Of a DNA stretch of 24,000 nucleotides, positions 7,668 through 14,641 are shown in pieces. The position numbers and the translations under genes are program-made. The notes beneath the pieces are model-generated. The model ran no database searches and had not been told where the DNA came from. It saw nothing but the letters and a program-made list of their open reading frames with translations. Numbering within the stretch: position 1 is the first letter of the stretch; each line of letters begins with the position of its first letter. Source of the stretch: Pseudescherichia sp. (GTDB taxonomy: Bacteria; Pseudomonadota; Gammaproteobacteria; Enterobacterales; Enterobacteriaceae); the NCBI GenBank assembly GCA_032055545.1, contig DAMBQR010000050.1, positions 4,726-28,725 on the forward strand, in the 5' to 3' direction.

Positions 7668-8240
7668 TATCTCCACGCATGTGGAGAAAGCGTGGTGAAT
7701 CAGCAGCAGTATTATACCTTCTACGGTGTATCCCCACGTATGTGGGGAACACCCGCGAATCTGCGTTTTCCAGGCCTCGCCCTCCGGTTTATCCCCACGT
7801 ATGCGGGGAACACTAATCATTTGGCCCTAGAGCGATGACAGCGCACGGTTTATCCCCACGTATGTGGGGAACGCCTGATAAATTTCGGATTGAATCTGTT
7901 GTTCAGCGGTTTATCCCCACGCATGTGGGGAACGCGCATTTGAGGGATTCGCAGCTCGTTATCTAGTCGGTTTATCCCCACGCATGTGGGGAACGCAGTC
8001 TGGCCAGTGCTGGCGAAAGATGATGCCCCGGTTTATCCCCACGCATGTGGGGAACGCGGCTGAACAGCAGGCCGTAGTTGAGACGTGCACGGTTTATCCC
8101 CACGCATGTGGGGAACGCATCAAACGTTGCCGCACGGAATAAACCATAATCGGTTTATCCCCACGCATGTGGGGAACGCCACTCCTGCAAACGCCGGCGC
8201 ATGATCGCCGGCGGTTTATCCCCACGCATGTGGGGAACGC
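7663..8240 (-). CRISPR. type I-E CRISPR array 1 (10 repeats, 9 spacers of 32 bp), transcribed on the minus strand from the cas2-proximal leader
   Basis: 29-bp repeats start at 7663, 7724, 7785, 7846, 7907, 7968, 8029, 8090, 8151 and 8212, an exact 61-bp period. Plus-strand consensus is CGGTTTATCCCCACGCATGTGGGGAACGC. The oldest repeats (left end) are degenerate. Orientation is inferred from the GCGTTCCCC....GGGGATAAACCG sense form on the minus strand and from the AT-rich leader at the right end. Confidence 0.97.
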
Positions 8241-8324
8241 TCTAAACATACATCATTGAATTAAAATAATTTTATCACTACCAAAAATCCTACCGATTTT
8301 TTCACTTTTTTAAAGAGCACTAAC
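8241..8324 (-). promoter_or_regulatory. CRISPR-1 leader (84 bp between the cas2 stop and the first repeat)
   Basis: This AT-rich stretch begins TCTAAACATA next to the newest repeat (minus sense ..TATGTTTAGA|GCGTTCCCC). That matches the leader-repeat junction I remember from E. coli K-12. No promoter was mapped. Confidence 0.7.
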
Positions 8325-8621
<297 letters not shown>

Positions 8622-9539
8622 TTATGTGCTCCTGTGCCCAGCGTCGCCGAGGCTAGCAGGAAGAGGGATAGCGATAGGTTGAGCATCGGCGGGCGGCGGC
8701 GGTGGCGAAATGTCTCCTGCCGCTAATACCTCTTCGATTAGTGGGATCAGCCTGGCGAGAGTTTTTCCGCTGCGGAAAATATCCCGGCATGCCAGCCTCA
8801 CTTCACGATCGGGTTCAGTGGGATTATTTCTTACGATTTCAAAGGCTTTTGGTACAACGGTATCAAACTTGATGATATCGGCAATATCATAAACAAAGGA
8901 AAGTGGCTTACCGGTATGTACAAAACCAATGGCTGGCGCATAACCTGCCGCCAGCACAGCCGCCTCGGTAACACCATAAAGACATGCCGTTGCAGCACTA
9001 ATGCACTGATTAACTACATCACCCTTTTCCCAATCCTTAGGATCGTACCGGCGCCCATGCCACTTAACGCCATACTGCTTGGCTAATAAGGTGTATGTTG
9101 CGCGTACCCGACTTCCTTCAATGCCGCGTAACTGTTCAACTGAACGCCGTGCCGGAGGTGGTTCGCCAAAACGTAACTCAAACATTTTACGTACCACCTT
9201 CAGCCGCAGGTCTTCATCAAGCGCCAGCTTCGCCTGGTATAACAGATGATCGGAACGCGCTCCGCCCGGCTGCCCGGTGGCATACAGCCGGACGCCTGCC
9301 TCCCCAACCCAAACCAGCAGCGTACCTACCGTAGCCGCCAACCGCACCGCGGCGTGAGAAACTCTCGTACCTGGCTCGAGCATGATGCAGGCTACAGAAC
9401 CGACCGGGATATGCGTCCGAACGCCGGTTTTATCGATGAGCACAAACGCGCCGTCAATCACATCAATCTGACCATATTGCAAAAAAATCATTGAAACACG
9501 ATCTTTAAGTGGGATGGGGTTCAGAGGTATCCAGCTCAT
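8622..9539 (-). CDS. cas1: CRISPR-associated integrase Cas1 (I-E)
   Basis: 305 aa, the same length as E. coli Cas1e, with conserved blocks (..IFLQYGQIDVIDGAFVLIDKTG.., ..GFVHTGKPLSFVYDIADI..). Position is between cas6e and cas2. Confidence 0.96.
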   Translation of the reverse strand: MSWIPLNPIPLKDRVSMIFLQYGQIDVIDGAFVLIDKTGVRTHIPVGSVACIMLEPGTRVSHAAVRLAATVGTLLVWVGEAGVRLYATGQPGGARSDHLLYQAKLALDEDLRLKVVRKMFELRFGEPPPARRSVEQLRGIEGSRVRATYTLLAKQYGVKWHGRRYDPKDWEKGDVVNQCISAATACLYGVTEAAVLAAGYAPAIGFVHTGKPLSFVYDIADIIKFDTVVPKAFEIVRNNPTEPDREVRLACRDIFRSGKTLARLIPLIEEVLAAGDISPPPPPADAQPIAIPLPASLGDAGHRST

Positions 9540-10246
9540 TAACGCCGCCTTTTAACCATCAGCATGCCGCATCCCAGGGATTTACTTTTGCCGATACCAT
9601 TAAAGAGTGCCTGGGAAAAACGGCTGGGATCGGTGATCACCAGCGCTCCGGCATAGTCAACGCTGCTGTAGGCTATAGGATTTTCACCTTGCCTGCGCTG
9701 AAAACGATGCTGCTGATAGGCCAGCACGCTTACTCCTGCCGAGGCTGGCTCATCTGTACCATCCGGATCGGCCCATATGGCAAAATCATCGACCGCAGGC
9801 GCAACCAGACGAAAACCGTGCTGCTCGCCCTGCTTTTCCAGCCAGGACTGCGCCGCATCGACCTGTAATCCCCACCACTTTTCACTGGCAATATTCTCTG
9901 CTTTAGCCTGGAACTTGGCGTTCATTAATACATCCGAACGTTTTTTATCACGACAGACAACCGGGTTTGCGCGCAGCTGGAAATCAAGCTGCTGTCCCTT
10001 GTTCAAGGCCGGGGTAAAAGGTTTGGTCTCAATCGTAAACAGGTCGTGCTGTTGAACAGGCGCTGTCTGTGAAAGCATAAAAAAGCGCGCCTGCGGCTCC
10101 TGACGAAACAGAAAGTGGCGTTCGTCACAATCTGGAAAAAGCTGCCATAGCCATTGGTGACTGGCATAAGGTGCGGCATGCGTCCATTTTTGCAACATGC
10201 CCGGTTGCAGGCGATCGAGGTGAAGCTGTATGCGCGACAGGTACAT
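9539..10246 (-). CDS. cas6e: Cas6e (CasE/Cse3) pre-crRNA endoribonuclease
   Basis: 235 aa. It has an MYLSR.. N-terminus and a C-terminal GIG.SKSLGCGMLMV glycine-rich loop typical of CasE. The operon position is right, and there are 1-nt start/stop overlaps with cas5e and cas1. Confidence 0.9.
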   Translation of the reverse strand: MYLSRIQLHLDRLQPGMLQKWTHAAPYASHQWLWQLFPDCDERHFLFRQEPQARFFMLSQTAPVQQHDLFTIETKPFTPALNKGQQLDFQLRANPVVCRDKKRSDVLMNAKFQAKAENIASEKWWGLQVDAAQSWLEKQGEQHGFRLVAPAVDDFAIWADPDGTDEPASAGVSVLAYQQHRFQRRQGENPIAYSSVDYAGALVITDPSRFSQALFNGIGKSKSLGCGMLMVKRRR

Positions 10247-10971
10247 TATTCTCCCTCCCTGAGCGACCCGCTATAGCGAATATAGCGACCAAACTGCCAG
10301 CGTCGGCGGCTGACAGGCTGATTATTGCAGTGCTGCTGCGTTTGCCATACCAGACTGCTTTCGTCAGGATCGTCCCAGTAGCATGTCTCTCCCCCCTGGG
10401 CAATCATCATCAATTCTGACGCGGTGAGTTGCTCAGCGGCCTGGTTAAAAATCTGCTTGAGCGTTCCTTCCAGCAGCCGGGGGGCGAGCGGCAGGGCCAG
10501 TGGGCAAGATTTGCGCCCCAGATAGAGCGGAAAATGTGGCTTGATAAGCGAATCGCGAAGTATCTCCAGTGGCACCGGTGCTCCTTCTGTTGCACTGACC
10601 GCAACGTGCCAGTAACCATCACAGCGATACTCTCGCTGTGTAACGATGGTACCTATTTCATCAGGAGCCAGTCGCAGCTCATCCCGCCGGGTAGCATAGC
10701 GATACTTTTTATTTTCGCGCGGCATGCTAACGGTGTGATAATCCCGTAGCCAGCGCTCGCATGAAGAGAGTGGTCTTACGGCCAGATGATAGTGCTGGTT
10801 AAAATTATTCAGCACCTCCTCTTCCTCACGGCAAATTCCTTGTGCTGCCGCAAGCAAGCCTAAGATTGCCGATCGTGTTGGAATTGTTGCAGTATGCCGT
10901 ACCTCACCTACGGCCTCTTCACCCCAGGCGGCCAGCGGCGCATACAGCTGAAAAACAAGATATTGCTTCAT
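10246..10971 (-). CDS. cas5e: Cas5e (CasD) Cascade subunit
   Basis: 241 aa. The N-terminus M..YL.F.L.AP...WGE......R.T...PTRSAILGLL.AA.GI and the ..YLGRKSCPL.. block are as in CasD. Confidence 0.92.
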   Translation of the reverse strand: MKQYLVFQLYAPLAAWGEEAVGEVRHTATIPTRSAILGLLAAAQGICREEEEVLNNFNQHYHLAVRPLSSCERWLRDYHTVSMPRENKKYRYATRRDELRLAPDEIGTIVTQREYRCDGYWHVAVSATEGAPVPLEILRDSLIKPHFPLYLGRKSCPLALPLAPRLLEGTLKQIFNQAAEQLTASELMMIAQGGETCYWDDPDESSLVWQTQQHCNNQPVSRRRWQFGRYIRYSGSLREGE

Positions 10972-10980
10972 TAGCTGTCC

Positions 10981-12039
10981 TTACTGGCTTACAAAATCCA
11001 GTAGCGCGGATAACGAACCTTCGCCTTTGTCAGCGTTCAGCTCATAGTGGCTCTCGGCGCACTGACCATAGACGCGATCAAAATTGTCGCGCTGATGTTT
11101 CAGGCATGCAATTGCCGTTGGCAGGATGTTTTCGCCACGTACGGGCTGGAAAAATGCCACCGCCAGCGAGCGAGGTTGTTTAGTGCCCATTTCTGCCAGT
11201 GCATAGGAGGCGTAAGCGCGGGAGGCAAAACTGTTCTGTTTTCCGCCTGGCGATACGGTTAGCGCCGTTTCAGTCAGCGCCGCGATGGCGCGCCGGGCCA
11301 GATCCTCATCACCATCAAGGTTTTTAACCAGCAGATTGCGACTAATACAGATGTAGCTATAGAAGAGCGCGGAGGCAAAACCCTGCTCACCCATATGAGC
11401 CGAACCTTTATCCTCTTCACCCGTGTTGAGATCGTCCACCGCCGTAAAGAAATCATCTTCAATGGTCACGGCGCTAACGCCTAATGCATGCGCAACCTGG
11501 CAAGCGGCTTCGACGTTAAAGGCTGGCGATGAAGCCAACATGCGACCAAATAGAGCCATATCTACACTGTGTTGATCTTTGCGCAGGAGTTCCAGCTCCT
11601 CACCCACTGGTTCTCGACTCTCACTAATCAGCTTACCCACTAGCTGCTTAATGAGGGCGATCTCATGCGTGCTGACGTGCACCAGCTGCTCAATTTCCAG
11701 GTTCTTAACGGGTGCAGCACCTTTATCATTTTTTACTTTTCCAAACTGACCGGCAATTTTTTCTGCTGCGGCTTTTGCTATTTTTTCACTCACGCCTGCG
11801 GCAGTCATTGGCTGATAGACATACTTAACGCCCAAAAGTCGGGTGCGCTCGCCGATATGCCCGTCCATTGCCGACTCAAACGTTTCTGATACCCGCCAGG
11901 CACGCTTCAGGCTTTGGGAGGAGACACGAAGGCGTTCAACGCCGCCCATTTTAGCTGTTTTCGGCCGACCAGAGTCATCCCGGTTGAGGTTAGAGGGGGC
12001 ATAGGCAGTGAGAAAGTGCAGCTGAATAAACGTAGTCAT
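10981..12039 (-). CDS. cas7e: Cas7e (CasC) Cascade backbone subunit
   Basis: 352 aa. ..SNLNRDDSGRPKTAKMGGVERLRVSSQSLKRAWR.. matches the CasC signature (..CLNRDD....K.A.FGG..R.R.SSQSLKRA.R). Confidence 0.95.
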   Translation of the reverse strand: MTTFIQLHFLTAYAPSNLNRDDSGRPKTAKMGGVERLRVSSQSLKRAWRVSETFESAMDGHIGERTRLLGVKYVYQPMTAAGVSEKIAKAAAEKIAGQFGKVKNDKGAAPVKNLEIEQLVHVSTHEIALIKQLVGKLISESREPVGEELELLRKDQHSVDMALFGRMLASSPAFNVEAACQVAHALGVSAVTIEDDFFTAVDDLNTGEEDKGSAHMGEQGFASALFYSYICISRNLLVKNLDGDEDLARRAIAALTETALTVSPGGKQNSFASRAYASYALAEMGTKQPRSLAVAFFQPVRGENILPTAIACLKHQRDNFDRVYGQCAESHYELNADKGEGSLSALLDFVSQ

Positions 12040-12061
12040 TATAAGTCCTTATCAAAAATAA

Positions 12062-12652
12062 CTAGCGGGCTGAGAGATACTCATTCGCCCAGCGAATACG
12101 GTTACGGGAGAAGGGATCTATTGATTCTGGTTGGTGCTCTTCGCGCGCCTGCCATTCACGCATCCATAGAAAAATGCCGTCGGCCAACGAGAGAATATTG
12201 ACGCCGTCCTTGCCTCGAAGCCTGACGGCGCGGATGAGCTGCTGGCAGAAACTCTCCGGATCGGCAGCCTGTTGCAGGCGTTCAAACCGCAGGCGGGAGA
12301 GGTATAGCCGATCGTTTTTCTTCTGTCCGAGTTGAGCGGCAAAGCTGGGAAAAGAGACATTTTTTTCTACGTGTACAGCCACCGAGGCAAATACCGCCAG
12401 CGCCATTTGGTCTACAGGCTGGAGCGACATCTGTTGCTGAAGCTGACGCCGTAGCTCAGCATACCCTTCGCACATCATGACGCCATAAGGTGGCTCCATC
12501 CGACGTAGCTCAGCTCGCCAGGCGCGACCGTTGATTCGTTTTTCATCCTGCTTACTGTAGCGATCCGATAAAATAGTAAACCACTCGGTGAGCACCTTTT
12601 GCGCTGCGGGCTGGGTAAATATGCGCTCCTGTGCTGTGTTGCTGTTAAGCAT
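12062..12652 (-). CDS. cse2: Cse2 (CasB) Cascade small subunit
   Basis: 196-aa, alpha-helix-rich, basic ORF in the canonical position between cse1 and cas7e. It overlaps the cse1 stop by 8 bp. The call rests on position and composition rather than on sequence I recognise. Confidence 0.8.
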   Translation of the reverse strand: MLNSNTAQERIFTQPAAQKVLTEWFTILSDRYSKQDEKRINGRAWRAELRRMEPPYGVMMCEGYAELRRQLQQQMSLQPVDQMALAVFASVAVHVEKNVSFPSFAAQLGQKKNDRLYLSRLRFERLQQAADPESFCQQLIRAVRLRGKDGVNILSLADGIFLWMREWQAREEHQPESIDPFSRNRIRWANEYLSAR

Positions 12653-14204
12653 TCTGCTCCTCCGCCTCTTTCGCCAGATCCAAGAATTGCGTGCGTGTTT
12701 TTAACTTGTCGTAATCCCGGTCCAGCTTGCTTCTGGCGGTCAGCTGGCGTAGCAACGTGCCGTCGTCGCAGTCTGGATCGATAAACACCTCACGATCGAA
12801 AAAATTGATAACGTCATGATGCAGACGCTTTTCCCACTCCCTTAGCGCTTCTCGGGTAAGCAGATTTTCCCGTGCCGGATCGCTACTTAACGTTTCCAAC
12901 AGCTGACGAAACGCAGATTCGGTCTCCTGCCAGAAAGCAGTCTCAAGCAGGCTAAAATCGGCTTTTGCTTCGCTCGGTGTCGGGAACCATGCTGCCTTCA
13001 GCCACTGCTTTAAGAGGCGCAGCGAGTCGCTGGCAAGTGATAGCGTGTAGTACATAACGCTGCTCAACGCGTTATCATCAGGCGAGTTAACAAGGGGAAT
13101 ACGATGCTGATACCAGCAACGGGCTTTGGCGTTATCCATATCCCAGGCAAAGCACCACAGGCCCGTTGCGGGTAGCCGTCTGGGAAGTTTTTGCACGACC
13201 CTGGCAGGCTGAATGCGATTGAATTTATCTTCGCCCTCTAGCAACAGACCTAACCAGTCTTTATAGCTCAGGCCACCGGGCTGCCCTTTCAACGATAGCC
13301 AAGGTGCTGCTTGATCTTTTAACGCCTTTCGGTAAGGAGAGAGCGGATGCCGCCAGCCGTCATACTGCACGCCATAGTTTTTGGTACGCATTTCCCGTAG
13401 TAGCATCGGATGGTGCTCTCCACAGAGATCGCAGCTTCCTTCTACCGTTTTCTCGAAATCCAGTTCGATCCGTCGCGGCATTCCCCAATAAGCCTGCAAT
13501 ACATGCGCATTGTCTGGCGTTACGATGTTTCCAGCCTTCTCACTGGTTTTCGTTGGCGCAAGCCAGGGGAAAATAGCGGCATATTCGGACGGGATCGGGC
13601 GCTTCTCTTCCGGGATCACATTGAGCCAGAGCTTTTTCCACAGCGGGAAATCACGCTCCTGCTGGGGCACCACCAGCGTGGTTAAGGGGCCGCCGCCGCG
13701 TAGACCCACGCGATACCCTGCCCCACCTGCAGGCGAATTGGTTTGCACTGCAAAAAGCGCCATTACTGCACAATGAGGGCAGATCTGCTGTCCAACGTGG
13801 CGTTTTACGAAATGGTCTTTGTTGAGCTTCAGCGTATTGCCGCCGGGGGCATCAATTAACAGGCCAGCAATAGAGCTGTTTTCGCTCTCAAGCGACTCAA
13901 AGCTTTGCAGAAATGCAGGCTTTTCTGCACCGAACTGCATCGCTGGAGATATGGCCGAAAGTGCACTTTGCCACGCTTGTTGATCAATGCCGTTTTTCCA
14001 CACTTCCCGCCACTTCCGCTCATCTACGGGCGCGACGGTTGTTTGCAGTAATCCAATCAGCATCTGCCATGCAGCCCCCTGGAAATCGGCTCGGGGATAG
14101 CTGACATCGATGACGTTGTCATCCAGCAGGTTGGTGAGGGGGATTTTTGTTGTTTTTCCTGAATAACAAACAACAGGCAGCCAAGGTTCCGTAATTAAAT
14201 CCAT
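12645..14204 (-). CDS. cse1: Cse1 (CasA/Cas8e) Cascade large subunit
   Basis: 519 aa. The N-terminus MDLITEPWLPV is comparable to E. coli CasA (MNLLIDNWIPV). Internal ..G.GYR.GLRGGGPLTTLV.. is comparable to ..GFKSGLRGGTPVTTFV... It is the first gene after the cas3 gap and is preceded by AAGGAG. Confidence 0.93.
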   Translation of the reverse strand: MDLITEPWLPVVCYSGKTTKIPLTNLLDDNVIDVSYPRADFQGAAWQMLIGLLQTTVAPVDERKWREVWKNGIDQQAWQSALSAISPAMQFGAEKPAFLQSFESLESENSSIAGLLIDAPGGNTLKLNKDHFVKRHVGQQICPHCAVMALFAVQTNSPAGGAGYRVGLRGGGPLTTLVVPQQERDFPLWKKLWLNVIPEEKRPIPSEYAAIFPWLAPTKTSEKAGNIVTPDNAHVLQAYWGMPRRIELDFEKTVEGSCDLCGEHHPMLLREMRTKNYGVQYDGWRHPLSPYRKALKDQAAPWLSLKGQPGGLSYKDWLGLLLEGEDKFNRIQPARVVQKLPRRLPATGLWCFAWDMDNAKARCWYQHRIPLVNSPDDNALSSVMYYTLSLASDSLRLLKQWLKAAWFPTPSEAKADFSLLETAFWQETESAFRQLLETLSSDPARENLLTREALREWEKRLHHDVINFFDREVFIDPDCDDGTLLRQLTARSKLDRDYDKLKTRTQFLDLAKEAEEQNA

Positions 14205-14222
14205 TCCCTTTACTCCTTTAAG

Positions 14223-14244
14223 GCTGGCTCCGGGCGGAGCCAGC
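14223..14244 (-). other. perfect GC-rich hairpin between the sORF stop and the cse1 RBS
   Basis: GCTGGCTCC (14223-14231), loop GGGC, GGAGCCAGC (14236-14244). No U-run follows on the minus strand, so it is not a canonical terminator. It could be an attenuator, a processing site or an RNA-stability element. Confidence 0.5.
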
Positions 14245-14251
14245 AGAGGAT

Positions 14252-14332
14252 CTACGAGCGTCGTAACCAGAACATCAAGACGCCTACTAACATGAGCATC
14301 TCCTGATGGTTAAAGAGCATCGTGATTTGCAT
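14252..14332 (-). CDS. candidate 26-aa hydrophobic small ORF (MQITMLFNHQEMLMLVGVLMFWLRRS)
   Basis: ATG at 14330-14332 is preceded by AAGGAG (14345-14340) with a 7-nt spacer. The peptide has a hydrophobic core and an RRS tail. It lies inside the 79-aa track ORF, whose own start (TTG) lacks an RBS. No homology is known to me, so coding status is unproven. Confidence 0.35.
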   Translation of the reverse strand: MQITMLFNHQEMLMLVGVLMFWLRRS

Positions 14333-14462
14333 CGACGAACTCCTTTTATTGTCTGAAAGGAAGACGCCACTTAGAATGCAGTTGTCTAGGCCGCTCCAGT
14401 AATGACATCCGTCTCCTGAAGGCAGTGCCATTGCTGGGGCACTTTTAGCCTTAGTTGTCAAA

Positions 14463-14491
14463 AGCATAAACCTCAATAAATCCATGGTCAA
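14463..14491 (-). promoter_or_regulatory. candidate sigma70 promoter for the sORF / Cascade operon (Pcas-like)
   Basis: On the minus strand: TTGACC (14491-14486), a 17-nt spacer, then TATGCT (14468-14463), with an AT-rich UP-like tract just upstream. This is a sequence-pattern prediction only. Confidence 0.3.
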
Positions 14492-14500
14492 TAAAATAAC

Positions 14501-14523
14501 AAGTTAGTAAAGCCATATAACGT
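14501..14523 (+). promoter_or_regulatory. PAM-flanked partial protospacer matching the mini-array pseudo-spacer (candidate Cascade binding site)
   Basis: AAG|TTAGTAAAGCCATATAACGT compared with pseudo-spacer TTAGTAAGGCCGTATGAAAT. The AAG PAM is present, positions 1-7 are exact, and 15/20 positions match overall. The mismatches at 8, 12 and 16 are spacer-G versus A, which would be rG:dT wobble. Positions 12 and 18 are sixth-position bases. Confidence 0.45.
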
Positions 14524-14563
14524 TACTGTGATTGGTCGAGCTGCCAGGCTTTGTTATCATGAG

Positions 14564-14641
14564 TCATTCCCCGTATGCACGGGGATAAACCGTTAGTAAG
14601 GCCGTATGAAATTCGTTCCCCGCGTCAGCGGGGATTTCAAG
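14564..14641 (+). CRISPR. degenerate inverted mini-CRISPR: psiR-a, 20-nt pseudo-spacer, psiR-b (candidate crRNA-like regulatory RNA gene)
   Basis: psiR-a (14564-14592) is TCATTCCCCGTATGCACGGGGATAAACCG. psiR-b (14613-14641) is TCGTTCCCCGCGTCAGCGGGGATTTCAAG. Both keep a 6-bp stem and 4-nt loop hairpin. psiR-a keeps a perfect ATAAACCG handle. psiR-b has lost the handle and overlaps the cas3 stop codon (14637-14639). The sense orientation is on the plus strand, opposite to both arrays. Derivation from CRISPR repeats is clear; function is inferred. Confidence 0.65.

Noticed and set aside
7366-7838. Track ORFs (90-128 aa) covering the cysH' fragment and the start of array 1, and ORFs at 19852..20067, 20719..21024 and 20844..21044 inside array 2.
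   Set aside because: They read through CRISPR repeats, giving recurring peptide units such as GLSPLARGT and FIPAGAGNA. The 7533..7820 ORF merely re-reads the frameshifted cysH' fragment. None is a gene.
14280-14296. A second PAM-flanked seed match to the pseudo-spacer inside the sORF. The minus strand reads ATG|TTAGTAGGCGTC, against TTAGTAAGGCCG.
   Set aside because: Only positions 1-6 match contiguously, and position 7 in the seed is mismatched. A 6-nt seed plus any permissive PAM is expected by chance about once in a window of this size.
14252-14491. Full-length 79-aa minus-strand ORF in the cas3-cse1 gap.
   Set aside because: Its TTG start coincides with the candidate -35 hexamer, and neither that TTG nor the in-frame ATG at 14483-14485 has an RBS. 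Only the last 26 codons are preceded by a strong Shine-Dalgarno sequence, so I report only the short sORF, and at low confidence.
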